Below are positions 24,960 through 37,399 of a stretch of 64,000 bases of DNA, piece after piece. Each line of letters starts with the position of its first letter. Positions within the stretch are counted from its first letter, which is position 1. This DNA is from Okamejei kenojei (Eukaryota), in contig CM069165.1 of the NCBI GenBank assembly GCA_035221665.1, positions 3,596,001 to 3,660,000 on the forward strand, read 5' to 3'. A program made the translations under genes and the position numbers. The notes beneath the pieces were generated by a model. It saw only the letters and a list, made by a program, of their open reading frames with translations, did no database searches and had not been told where the DNA came from.

Positions 24960-26010
24960 TTTTTACATTATGAATCCATTAATTATATTAATTATTCCAT
25001 AATGTCATAACATCAAGATTAGATGATTCCTATTTAGTCATTTTGATCTATGATTCCAGGATGTCATGATTTTATAAGTTGTTAAGTTACTGGAGAGAAT
25101 TCTGAGGGATAGGATATACAAGTATTTGGATGGACAAGGGCTGATTGGCGGCAGTCAGCATGGTTTTGTACGTGGGAAGTTAGGTGGGCTGGCTCTCTAT
25201 TCCATGGAGCGCAGGAGTATGAGGGAAGATCTTATAGAGGCATATAAAGTCATGATAGGAATCGATCGGGTAGATGTACAGAGTCTTTTACACAGTGTAG
25301 GGGAGTCGAAGACCAGAGGACATAGGTTCAAGATCAAGCGGAAAGGATTTAACAGGATATCGAATGGTAAATTCTTCGCGCAGAGGATGGTGGGTGTATA
25401 GATCAAGCCAACAGAGGAGGTTGTTGAGGCTGGGACTATCCCATCGTTTACGAACCAGTTAGACAGGTACATGGATAGGACAGGTATGGAGGGTTATGGG
25501 CCAAGGGCAGGCAAGTGGAACTAGTGTAGCTGGGTCATTGTTGACCGATGTGTGCGAGTTTGGCCGAAGGGCCTGTTTCCGCACTGTATCACGCTATGCG
25601 GATGAGTCTACAATATTTTCAATTTCATAATGTATCCATTCGTGGCTATATGATTTTAATGATTTTGTGGCTTTATCATTTCATGTTTCCATGATATATT
25701 TGATATCAGAATTAATCAACTTCGCGATATCTTTGCTTTCAAGATTGTATAACTTTATTGATCCTTGATATCCCTTATTTCAAGATTGCATAATTTTATG
25801 ACACCATGTTTCGAATTTCAACATTATATGACCATGATTTCGATGATTTTGTGACGTATTGACTGTGATTCCATGATATTCATGATTTCAGAATTGAATA
25901 ATTTAGTAGTTCTATGATACATCTAATTTCAGTTGTGTATAACTTCATAATTCCATGATATCTCTGATTTCAGGCCTGCATAACCACGATCCCGTGATTT
26001 CAAAATTATA
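24960..26010. repeat. Degenerate AT-rich minisatellite of about 41 bp, split by a CR1 fragment (about 25075-25600)
   Basis: Unit like TTTCAAGATTGTATAACTTTATGATTCCATGATATC recurring at 25740, 25781, 25888, 25930, 25971. Confidence 0.7.
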
Positions 26011-26072
26011 CGAACCCAACTTTCATTGGATTTGAAATCATGTTTGAATATTAATTCGCTTTGCTGCGTTAG

Positions 26073-26270
26073 TTAGGTGCATTTGATCATGACCAGTTAC
26101 CTGTTTCACTCGGAAATCAATTTTCTTGTGATCCGGATAGTTAGTTTTCCGACGATGGACATCAAACTGAAATCTTTGCAGAGGCCTTTGAATTCACCAG
26201 AGATCCTGCAATCTGCATTTTTTATGTACATGGTCATATCTTAATCAATAAAGAGAGCGTTACTGCAAAT
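26073..26270 (+). other. Candidate non-coding terminal (3' UTR) exon of TRBC with polyadenylation signal
   Basis: Non-repeat island; acceptors ttcgctttgctgcgttAG/ttAG (26072/26076); TGTA at 26225, AATAAA 26247-26252, T-rich downstream; matching donor CA|GTAAGA at 22549 after the stop codon. Confidence 0.5.
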
Positions 26271-27129
26271 ACATCTCTCGTTTCTCATTTACTTATGTCA
26301 TAGTTGCATAAAACGGAAATAGTAGGAATTCAAGGGGCCTGAGCTACAGAAAGTTCATAAATTACATGAGCAGTATTAGTTAAGTCTTGAATCATGGCTG
26401 ATCTACATTTCCCTCTCAGCTACATTGTCACGCCTTTACCCCATAACACCTGAATCCTGTACTAATCAATATGTTTTCAAACGCATACCTTTATCCATTG
26501 ACCTGGCCTCCACAGCTGTCTGTGGCAATACATTCCACAGATTCACCACCCTTTGGATAAAGAAATTCCTCCACATCTACATTCTAAAGGAATATTATTT
26601 TATTCTTAGTCTGTAGCTTCTGATCCTAGACTCTCCCACGAATCATAAAAACATATCCACATCCACTCTATCCAGAACTTATACTATTTGGTACGTTTAT
26701 ATGCGGTCCCCCACACATCCTTCTAAACTGCAATGAGTACAGGCCCAGTATCATCAAATGCCAATGAATTAATCCAATCACCCTTGGATCAATCTTGTAA
26801 ACCTCTGCTGGATACGCTCCAATCTGGGTGAGGGAAAGGTTGAGCAGGCTAGGCATGTATACCTTGGAACACTGTAGAAGTTGTACATATGGATTCCAGC
26901 AAGGCATTTGACAAGGTTCCGCATGGTAGGCTGCCCTGGATGGTTAGATGGAATGGGATCCAGTGAGAGAGAGTTGAATGGATAGAAAATTGAGTTAATA
27001 GAAGCAAGCAGAAGGTGATGTTGAAATGTAGTTTTTAGGACTGCAGGCCTGTGACTATTGGTGTGCCTCAGTGTTCGTTGCTGGGCCAATTGCTGTTTGT
27101 ATCATATGAATGATTTGGATGTGAACATA

Positions 27130-29830
27130 CAAAGCATGTTTAAGGTCATAAAGTAAGGAATAGGAGCAGAGTTTGGCAATTCAGCCCATCTAGTGTACTC
27201 AATCATTGCTGATATATCTCCCCCTCCTCAACCCATTCTCCTGCCTTCTCTCCATAACCTCTGACATCTGTACTAATCAAGAATCTACCTATGCGTGCCT
27301 TAAAAGTATCCACCTAGATGGCCTCTACAGCCTTCTGTGGCAGATAATTCCACAGATTCACAAACCTCGAATTAAATAAATGTCTCGGCATCTCCTTCCT
27401 AAAATAACGTACTTTAATTCTGAGGCTATAGCATCTAGTTCTACACCCTCCCGCCAATGAAAACATCCTTTCCACTTCCACTATATCCAAAATGTTCACT
27501 ATTCTTTATGTTTCAATGAGGTCCCCCCTCATTGTTCTAAATTCCAGCGAGTACAGGCACAGTGCCGACAAAAGCTCATCATAGGTTAACGTACGTATTC
27601 CTGGGACCATTCTTGTAATCCTCCTCTGGGCCCCCTCCTGGAACAGCACATCCTTCCTCAGATCTGGTGCCCAGAATTACTCACAATATTCCAAATGCGG
27701 CCTTATCAGCGCTTTATAGAGTCTTGACATTTCATTCCTGTTGTTGCATTCTAGCCCTCTTGAAATATTTGCTAGTATTTAGTCTGCGTGCTTTACTCCC
27801 GATTATACTTGCAGATTAACATTTTGGAAATCCTACTCCTGCACTGCCAAATCCAATTTCTCCTCCGATTTCTGGATTCTCACCCCATTTAGAAAATAGT
27901 CTACGCCTTTATTCCTATTACCAAAATGCATTACTCCACATTTTGCAGCACTATGTTCCATCCGCCACTTGTCTGCCACTCTCCCAACCGATCAATACCC
28001 TTCTGCAGAGTTCCTGTTTTCTCTACACTACCTGCTCCTCCACCTATTTGCGTATCAACCGCAAATGTTACATCAAATTCTTCAATCTACTCGTCGAAAT
28101 TATTAGTATACAATGCGAAGAGTAGCGCCCCTAGCACCGACCATTGCGGAACTCCACCAGTCACTGGCAGTCAACCAGAAAAATACCCCATTATTGCCAG
28201 CTCTTTGTCTTCTGCCATCCAGCCAAGCTGATATCCATGTATACGCCCTTTGATACCGTGGGCTCTCATCTTCCAAAGCAGCATAACGTGCGGCACCGTA
28301 TCAAAGGCTCAATATAAGTAAATGACATCTCCTTTGTCTGTCCTGCCATTTACTTCCTCAAAGAATTCCAGCCAAACTGTCAAGGAAGACCCCCCCTTTA
28401 AAAAGCCATGTTGACCTCGGCCTATTTTATCGTGAACATATCAGTATTCTGAAACATCCTTTTTAATGATCTTTAAAATCTTACCCAACCACTGAAGTCA
28501 GATTAACCGACCTCTAATTCCCACTGTTATGCCTTGCTAGTTTTTTTTGTGCAGCGAGATAATATTGGCAATTTTCTAAACATCTGGAACAACTTCTGAT
28601 TATTGATTCATAACATAGCATTATCATGCCTCCACAAACACTAAAGTCACCTCTTTCTCAACCATATAGTGCAGTCGATACGGTCCAGGTGACATCCAAC
28701 TTCAGCCCTTTTAGTTTCCCAAACATCTTCTTCCTGGTATTAACCACTCCACTAACTTCTACTCTTGAATCTCAGCCACGTTGCTGGTGTCTTCCTCTGT
28801 GCAGACGGATGAAAAAAGTTATCCAACTCCTCTGCCATTTCCTTATTTCCCATTATCAGTTCTCTCGCATCATTCTCCAGCAGTTTAATGTACACTCTTC
28901 TCTCTTTCTTACACTTTATGTAAATTAAGAAAGTCTTGCTATTCTCTTTTGTATTATTGGCTAGCTTGCTTTTGTATTTCATCATTTCTCCCTGTAATGT
29001 ATTTTCTGTTACCATCTGACGCTCACCAATCATATGGCTTCCCGTTATCTTTTGCACTCTTATACACCCTCTCTTTTACGTTTATACTGTACTTGACTTC
29101 CCTTGTTAGCCACGGACGCGGCAGTCACCCCCACGAATCTTTCTGCCGCTTTGGAATGAAATGATCCTGCATTTTCAGGATTATTCCCTAAAATTCCTGT
29201 CAATTAGTGGTCTACCGTCATCCCTGCTATGGTCCCATTCCAGTCAACATTGGCCAGCTTCTCCCTCTTGTCTCTGTTATTCCCGTTGCCAAGCTGCAAT
29301 GCCGACACATCTAATTTCACCTTCTCCCTCTCAAATTGCATATTAAAACTTATTATGTTGCGATCGCTACCTCCTAATGGTTCGTTTAACTTGAGTTCCC
29401 TGATCAAATCTGGTTCATTACATAATCCTAAATTCAAAGTTACACTTTCCTTGGTACGCTCCTTCACAAACTGCTTTAAGAATCCATCTCGTAGGCTCTA
29501 TACATATTCCCTTTCTTGTAAACTAATACCAGCCTAATTTTCCCAATGTATCTGCATATTGATATCTCCCATGACCACCGTAGCATTGCCCTATTTGCAT
29601 GCCAATTTTATCTCCTGATGTACCCTATATCCTGGATACTGTTTAGGTAGCTGTAAATAACTCCCATTAGGTCCTTTTTAGCCATAGTTTTTCAGCTCAA
29701 GCCACAAAAATTCTACATCATCTGATCCTATTTCACCCTCATCGCCACCCCCTATACCCACATTCCTGTCATTCCGAAATGAAGTATAACCCTGAATATT
29801 AAGCTCCCAGCTCCGGTCCTCTTGCAGCCA
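27130..29830 (-). mobile_element. Old CR1 LINE (different subfamily), degenerate ORF2
   Basis: TWLQEDRSWELNIQGY, PLGGSDRN, KLANNTKENSKTF and 3'-end fragments in collinear order. Confidence 0.85.
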
Positions 29831-29834
29831 CGTC

Positions 29835-31087
29835 TTCTGAAATTGTTTGAAGATATAACTAGGAAAATGGTCAATGGAGAGGCAGTGAATGTAGTGTACC
29901 TGGACATTCTGAACGCATTTGCTAAGGTCCCACATAGGAGATTAGTGGGGAAAATTGGGGCACATGGTATTGGCGGTAGAGTGCTGACATGGATAGATAC
30001 ATGGTTGGCAGACAGGAAACAAAGAGTAGGAATGAACGGGTCCCTTTCCGAATGGCAGGCAGTGACTAATGGGGTACCGCAAGACTCGGTGCTAGGATCA
30101 CAGCTATTTTCAATATACATCAATGATTTGGGATTCAAGGTAACATTAGCAAATTTGCAGATGACACTAAACTGGGTGGCAGTGTGAACTGTGAGGATAC
30201 TATGAGAATGCAGGGTGACTTGGACAGGTTGGGGGAGTGGGCAGATGCATGGCATCTGAAGTTTAATGCAGATAAATGTGAGGTTAACCACTTTAGTAGC
30301 TAAAACAGGAAGGCAGATTACTATCTAAATGGCGTCAAGTTCGGAAAAGGGGAAGTAGAACGGGATCTGGGAGCCCTTGTTCATCAATGTATGAAAGCAA
30401 GCATGCAGGTACAGCAGGCAGTGAAGAAAGCGAATGGCATGTTGGCCTTTATAACAAGATGAATCGAATATAGAAGCAAAGAGGTCCTTCTGCAGTTGAA
30501 CAGAGCCCTAGTGTGACCACACCTGGAGTATTGTGTGCAGTTTTGGTCCCCTAATTTGAGGCAGGACATTCAAGCTAGTGGCGGAGTGCAGCGTAGATTT
30601 ACAAGGTTACTCCCCGCGATGGCGGGACTGCCATATGCTGAGAGAATGGAGCATCTGGGCTTGTACACTCTGGAGTTTAGAAGGATGAGAGGGAATCTCA
30701 TTGTAACATATGAGGTTGTTAAGGGCTTGGACACGCTAGAGGCAGGAAACATGTTCCCGATGTTGGGGGAGTCCAGAACCAGGGGCCACAGTTTAAGAAT
30801 AAGAAATAAGCCATTGAGAACGGAGACGAGGAAACATTTTTTTCTCACAGCGAGTGTTGAGTCTGTGGAATTCTCTGCCTCAGAGGGCGGTGGAGGCAGG
30901 TTCTATGGATGCTTTCAAAAGAGAGCTAGATAGGGCTCTTAAACATAGCGGAGTCAGCGGATATGGGAAGAAGGCAGGAACGGGGTACTGATTGGGGATG
31001 ATCAGCTGTGATCACATTAAATGGCGGTGCTGGCTCGAAGGGCCGAATGCCCTACTCCTGCACCTATTGTCTAGTGTCGATTGTCTA
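29835..31087 (+). mobile_element. CR1 LINE 3' half
   Basis: FEDIT...VVYLD..AFAKVPH, GVPQDSVLG, QFWSP, RRFTRL; ends in a (TATTGTC)-like tail. Confidence 0.9.
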
Positions 31088-31194
31088 TGTAATTCCCACA
31101 ACATCATGCCTACCAATCTCTAACTGTGCTAAAAGCTCATCCACTGAATATCTTATGGTACGCACATTCTAATACAACAATTTAATTCAGTAGT

Positions 31195-31728
31195 GACCTG
31201 TGACACCACTTTCGGGGAACTATGCACCTGCACTGTTAGATCCCCCTGCTCCACAACACTCCCTGCCTACATGAGACGACGCTTTCAGGGAACAATGTAC
31301 CTGCATTCCTCGATCCCTCCGCTCAAAACAATCCCTGTCTTCCTGTGACACCAATTTCAGAAACAATATACCTGCACTCCTAGATCACTCAGCTCTAAAG
31401 CACTCACCATCTACCTTTCAGTGAACTACTGTATGGACCTGCAGTTCTAGATCCCTCTGCTCTGCAACACTCCATGATTACGTGTGACTCCGTATTCTGG
31501 GGACTATGTACTGCACCTGTAGATACCTCTGCTCGAGTGCAATCCATCTACACCTAATACACCACTTTTAGGGAATTATGCACCTGCACCCCAATATCCC
31601 TCTGCACTGCAATACCACTCGTCTACCTGTGACGCCCATTTCAGGGAACTATTTACATTCACTCCAAGATCCCACTGCTCTTCAACACTCCCTGCCTATA
31701 TGTGATACTACTTTCAGGAAAATATGGA
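31195..31728. repeat. Tandem repeat of about 72 bp (about 7.5 copies) derived from a CR1 ORF2 segment
   Basis: Unit TACCTGTGACACCACTTTCAGGGAACTATGCACCTGCACTCCTAGATCCCTCTGCTC..CAACACTCCC starting near 31195, 31268, 31340, 31412, 31478, 31549, 31624, 31697. Confidence 0.88.
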
Positions 31729-31744
31729 GGGTAGGGGTGGACGA

Positions 31745-32000
31745 GGAAAGTGGAAACACATCACTTGTTTGTTTCTGACTTGCATAGTTTGGCTTCCGTT
31801 GGCTTCCGGAAATACTGAGTCAAACGGAAAAAAATGCCAACAGAGATCGAACAAAGCAGTCGAGTCGAGAATAACAAGTTGCAGGTGCTTGAGAGGAGGC
31901 GGCAGAACTTGCGGATGTGGTGTAAACAACAATTGTCTGTTCCACTACAACGTTGCCTGTCTAAAGTAGGTCACACCATCTCCGCCCGGTTTGTGGTCGA
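31745..32000. promoter_or_regulatory. Candidate TCR-beta 3' enhancer (E-beta-like)
   Basis: About 250 bp of non-repeat DNA 3' of C-beta with ETS (CTTCCG 31793; TTCCGGAAAT 31804), AP-1 TGAGTCA 31816, TCF/LEF AACAAAG 31850, E-box CAGGTG 31882, ETS-RUNX composite GGATGTGGT 31913-31921, forkhead GTAAACA 31922, RORE AAAGTAGGTCA 31963, second RUNX TGTGGT 31992. Confidence 0.65.
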
Positions 32001-32979
32001 ACTAGTTCTCGACATTTGAGCTTTAGTGCGTCGTAGGGGGAAGGGATGTCGCTTGGTGCTAGGCACCTGTTTATTTGTCTTTCTCTCACTCTCTCCCTCC
32101 CCTATCTCCCCCTCTCTCTCGCTATCTCTCTNNNNNNNNNNNNNNNNNNNNNNNNNNNNNNNNNNNNNNNNNNNNNNNNNNNNNNNNNNNNNNNNNNNNN
32201 NNNNNNNNNNNNNNNNNNNNNNNNNNNNNNNNNNNNNNNNNNNNNNNNNNNNNNNNNNNNNNNNNNNCATTTTCTCTCTCTCGGTATCTGTATTTCTCCA
32301 GTTTCTCCTTTCTCTGTCCTCTTTCTTTTGTCGCTCTCTCCTCTCCCCGCCACCTCTCTCCATCTTTCTCCCATGTGTCCCTCCTCTATCTCTATATCTC
32401 GCTCTCCCCCTTTCCCTCTGATACAGTTGTACAATGGGGAGAGGAGAGAGGGGCAGATGGAGAGGGAGGAGATACAGAGAGAGTGATAGAGTGGGGAGAG
32501 ATGATACACAGAGAAGCGGCAGAGGGGCGTATCGGCGAGAGAGAGGTTGGAGAGAGCGACAAAAGAGAGAGATAAAGAAGAGCGACAGGAGTGTGAGAGA
32601 AAGATAAATAGAGAGGGAGGACTGGACGGTGAGTGCGAGGTGGAGAGAGAGATGGAGGGAGAGGAGGGAGAAAAGAGGGAGAGAAATGGGAGAGAGATAG
32701 TAGAGAAATAAATGGGGTCAGGATTAGAGAAAGAGGGGAGTGGAGAGAGAGGGGAGAAAGATAGAAACATGGGGGGGAGAAATAGGAAATAGAGTGGGGA
32801 GAGAGATGGGGTGTGGAGCATGTGAGGGGGGAGAAGGAGACATAGTCTTAGAGCCATACAGAACGGAAACAGGCCAAAAGTGGCATCAAAGGTAGACAGG
32901 GAGTCTTGTAGAGTAACGAGATCTTGGGGTGCAGGAAGATTGCTCCCTCAAATTGTAGTCACATGTAGCCAGCAAGCAA

Positions 32980-34860
32980 GCTTATTTATAAAGCATATAT
33001 CAGATACAAGGCAATTTAAAGTGCTTTAAACAAAGCAATACAAATCAAACTAAGCAATTATAAACAGTCATTAAAAATAATAGAACATAAAACAAGCAAA
33101 AATAGAATGACAAATATAAGATACTAGAATAAAAATTACAGTGCATTGTTAGAAATGAATAATTATTTAATTTAATTAAATTAAAAGTGATTAACAGCAG
33201 CGTCACACAAAAGTCTTCAGCCCCGATTAAAATGAACTGAGAGTTGGTGCAGACCTGCATTTTTCTGGAAATCTGCTCCATATATGTGATGCATATAAAG
33301 TAAACGCTGTTTCTCCATGTTTTGGTCTGATTATGGGGGCAGAAAGCACACCTGTCCTAGACGACCTCGGAGGTATGAATTGTTCACAATGCAGCAGAAG
33401 ATCACAAATGTATTTTGGCCCTAGACCATTCTGTGCTTTATAAACCAATAGTAATATTTTGAAATCAATACTGTGACAGACTGGAAGCCAGTGTGAAGAC
33501 CTCAAAACTGGAGTATTGTGATCCACTTTCTTGGTCTTAGAGATTCGAGCAGCAGCGTTCAGAATCAGCTGCAGCTGTCTAATCGATATTTTAGGGAGAC
33601 GTGAAGTCGGCATTGCAATTTTCAAGTCTACCGAAGACTATGGACACGTTTTTCCCATATCCTGCTGGACCATAAGTCCTTCAACCCTTGGTATTTGATT
33701 AAGGTGTTAATTCGCTGACAGTAATTGTCTCAAAGTGGCTGTTGAAATTCAGGTCTGAGTCCATGATTACACTAAGAGTTTTTGCATTGTCCGTGGGTTT
33801 TCATTTTTGCCGATTGAAGCTGAGCACTGACTCTTATTCGCTCCTATTTGGCTCAAAAACAACTACCTCAATGTTGTCTTTGTTTAATTGAAGAAAGTTG
33901 TGGCACTTAATTTGTTCGATGCACTTACTTAATTATGCCAACTGCATAATTATGGTAACTTATTTTGTTGTTTTCCATGTCTATGAAAACTGCAATTGCT
34001 GGAAACATCGAAGGTAGACAATAATGCTGGAAAACTCAGCGGGTGAGTCAGCATCTATGGAGCGAAGGAAAAAGAAAGGATGCGGCGGAGATAGTGGGCT
34101 GTGGAAGAGGAGGGGAAGGAGTGGGAAAGCAAGGACTTTCTGAAATTGGAGATGTCAGTGTTCATACCGCTGGGGTGTAAATCTCCGCCTCTTCCTTTCT
34201 TCTCCCTCCCCACCACCACATCAGTCTGAAGAAGGGTCTCGACCCGAAACGCAACATATTTATTCGCTCCATAGATGCTGCCTCACCCGCTGAATTTATC
34301 CGGCATTTTTGTCTACATTTGTTGTTTTCCATAATCCATTGGAAGCATGTTAAACAGAGAGGCCCCAGAATGGAGCCCTGGGGAACTACACATGTCATAT
34401 GTGTCCGCTATGATGTGTCCGCTCTGATGTAGAATTCAAAACAGAATTGTGCCAGAAAGTCCAACCCAGTGTTCCGATCGGTATACCAATATGGTGTGGA
34501 CGACCGTGTCAAATGCAGCACTGAGATCCAATGATACTAAGACTGAAATGTTGCCATTGTCTGATTTTAAGTGGATGTCATTGAAGACCTTAACTAGAGC
34601 AGTCTCATTGCCGTGTTTTGATCGAAACCCTGACTTGTTTAGTGATAAGTTGTTTCGTGTCAAAAAGTTGTTAAGCGGCTGAAAACAGCTTTTTCAATTA
34701 TTCTACTTAAAAATGCAAGGTTTGATATGGGCCTCTAATTGTACATTAGTGATATCTTGATTGTTCGTTGTTAAGTGTGGCTTGATGACTGCAGTTTTCA
34801 AGACCTATTGGACGACACCTGAGGGAAGAGGCGTGTTTATGATTTGTGGTAGATCTGAGG
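32980..34860 (-). mobile_element. L2-clade LINE, 3' part, degenerate
   Basis: GFRxKHxxETALVKVFND, LDLSAAFDTV, VPQGSILGP, LQLILNAAAR, HxTPVLRSxHWLPV, FKILLLVYKA. Confidence 0.9.
33979..34317 (+). mobile_element. Non-autonomous Penelope-derived element with inverted ends and hammerhead-like core (34226-34252), inserted in L2
   Basis: 15-bp duplication TTTGTTGTTTTCCAT (33964-33978 / 34318-34332); 34014-34065 inverted at 34263-34316; CTGAAGAAGGGTCTCGACCCGAAAC. Confidence 0.8.
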
Positions 34861-37399
34861 GTGGTCAAGAAGGCTTTCAACATATTGGCCTTCACCAGTC
34901 AGGGTAGTAAGTAATGAAATTAGGACATTACGTCACAGTTGTTCAAGACCACGAGATGCCACGCTTAGAGCATTAAGTTATTTTTTGTCGCCATGCTACC
35001 AGAAGGATGTTGTTAAACTGATTAGGGTGCAGAAAAGATTTACGAGGTTGTTGTCATGACTCGGGGGCCGGAGCTACAGGGAGAGGTTGGGAAGGCTCAA
35101 TGAATTTAGATGGATATGCAGGAATTGGAGGGATATGGATCACGTATAGGCAGAGATTAGTTTAATTTGCCATCGAATAGTGGCGTAGATAGGGTAGACA
35201 GTCAGAAAGGTTCTCGCCCTCAGTGTTGAAATATCAAAGACGTGAGGGCATCGCTTACAAAGTAGAATTCTGCAAAACAGTGAAACTTCTAAGAAATAAC
35301 AGCAAATTACGGAACATAGAAACATAGAAAATAGGTGCAGTAGGTCAACCGGCTCTTCGAGCCAGCACCGCCATTCACTATTGTCATAGGTGACCATCCA
35401 AAATCAGTGCCTCGTTCCGGTTTTCCCTTTATCCCTTGACTCCATCACCCCTATGAACTAAATCTAATACCCTACACAACACGTGAGCAGGTCCTTCATG
35501 TCTGTGCCGAAGACCAGGCCAAGTTAAAATAATCTCCTCTGCCTGCAAGTGATCCATATCCCTCATTTCCTGCGTATTCATCTCGAAGACTCTTAAAAGC
35601 CACTGCCACATATGCTTCTACCACCGTGCCTTTCCTAATATTAGAAACTTATTTGTGCTCTCCACTCAACACGTGACAATAATAAACTACATCCAAAACA
35701 CTTAGTTTAGAGATACAGCGAGGAAACAGACCCTTCGACCCACCAAATCTGCGCTGACCAGCGACCCTCATACGCCAACACTATCCCACACACTAGGGAC
35801 CACTTTACATTTATTCCAAGCCAATTAACCTGCAAACATGTAAATCGTTGTAGTGTGGGAGGAAAGCAAAGATCGCGGAAAACCCACGCGGTCACGGGGA
35901 TAACGTACAAACCCCGTACAGACAGCACACGTAGTCAGGATCGGATCTGGGTCACTGGTGCTTCAAGGCAGCAATTCAGCCGCTGCAGTATCTCGTAACT
36001 AATACACCCTCATCCAGGCATCATTGTGGAAAACTCCTCTGCACCCTCTCCAAAATCACCACATTATTCCAGTAATGGGACAATCAGAACAGCACCCTAT
36101 ACTTCAAATGTCACCTAACCATATTCCTAAGAAGCTGCATTCTGACTCCCTGCTATTACACTCAATGTCCTGATTGTTGAAGGCAAGCATACCGTACGCT
36201 ATCTTTACAATTTACTGTACCATTCTATCATTAGACCAGCGCAATTGTCGCCGCGCAACGTCAGGACCCGGGTGTGATACTGACTATGGGCGTTGCTTGT
36301 ACGATGTCTCTCTGTGATCGCGTGGGTTTTCTCCGGGTCTGGTTAACTCCCACAATCCAAAGACATGCAGGCGTGTACGTTCATTCCTTTCTGTAAATTG
36401 TAAAATGCCCTTATTGTGTTGGATAGCGATCGTTGGTTGGCACAGAGTAGGTGGGCCGATGGGTTGCTTTCCACACTATATCTCTAGAAGACTAAATAAA
36501 AGTCTACCATATCTCTCTTAATCCGATTCCCCTTCTCTCTTCCTCTCACCCTCATCTCTCTATTCGTTCTCCCTCGTCCCCCCTCATCGCTGCCCCTCCC
36601 TTTCTCTGCCCCTCTATCCCTGTTTCCCGTCGCTCCTTACTCACCTCTCCTCTTCGCAAATCTCCCTTTCTCTCTCCCCCACCTCTCCCCCTCCCTCCCC
36701 CTCTCTCTTTCTCTGAGACAGTTCGTAGTTTAAAGTTTAGTTCGGGTTATGCAGTACTCACAAGCCTGACGGTTGCTGGGACGAATCTGTTCCTGATCCT
36801 GGAGGTCACCGTTTTCAGACTTGAGCATTCTTCCGGACATTGAAATGCAACTGCAGATGTCGGTGGCGAGGAAGACACATGCGATTCCAGCTTTAATTTC
36901 AAGAATACTAGAATATAATAACAGGGATGTAAATCTGAGGTTTTATTGCACATTTGGTCAGACCACATTTGGAGAATTGTGAGCAATTCTGGGCCCCATA
37001 TCTGAGGAAGGATGTGTTGGCTTTGGAGAAGGCCCAAACGAGGTTTACGACAATGTTCTTGGGGATGATTGGGTTAACGTGTGATTAGTGATGACCCTGG
37101 GCCTGTACTCGCTGGGGTTTTGAAGGGTGAGGGGGGACCTCAATTAAACTTACGTAATAGTCAAATGCCTGGGTTGTGAGGATGTGGAGGATTTTTCAAG
37201 TAGTGGGAGAGTCCATGACCAGATGGCATTGCCAGGGAATAAAACGACGTACCTATAGAAAGGAGAAAATTATTATTTTTTTTAAACAGAGGGTGGTTAA
37301 TCTGTAGACTTCATTACTCGAGATGGTGGTGCTCAAGTAATAGGATATTTTCACAACGGCGATTGACATGTCCTCCATTAGTAAGGTCTTTACATGTTC

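Noticed and set aside
31195-31728. CRISPR-like array
   Set aside because: Eukaryotic DNA; contiguous diverged units with no unique spacers, derived from CR1.
31724-31969. 81-aa Cys-rich ORF with a signal-peptide-like stretch
   Set aside because: Starts in the LINE-derived array, has no recognisable family or gene structure, and the sequence is better explained as a motif cluster; not formally excluded.
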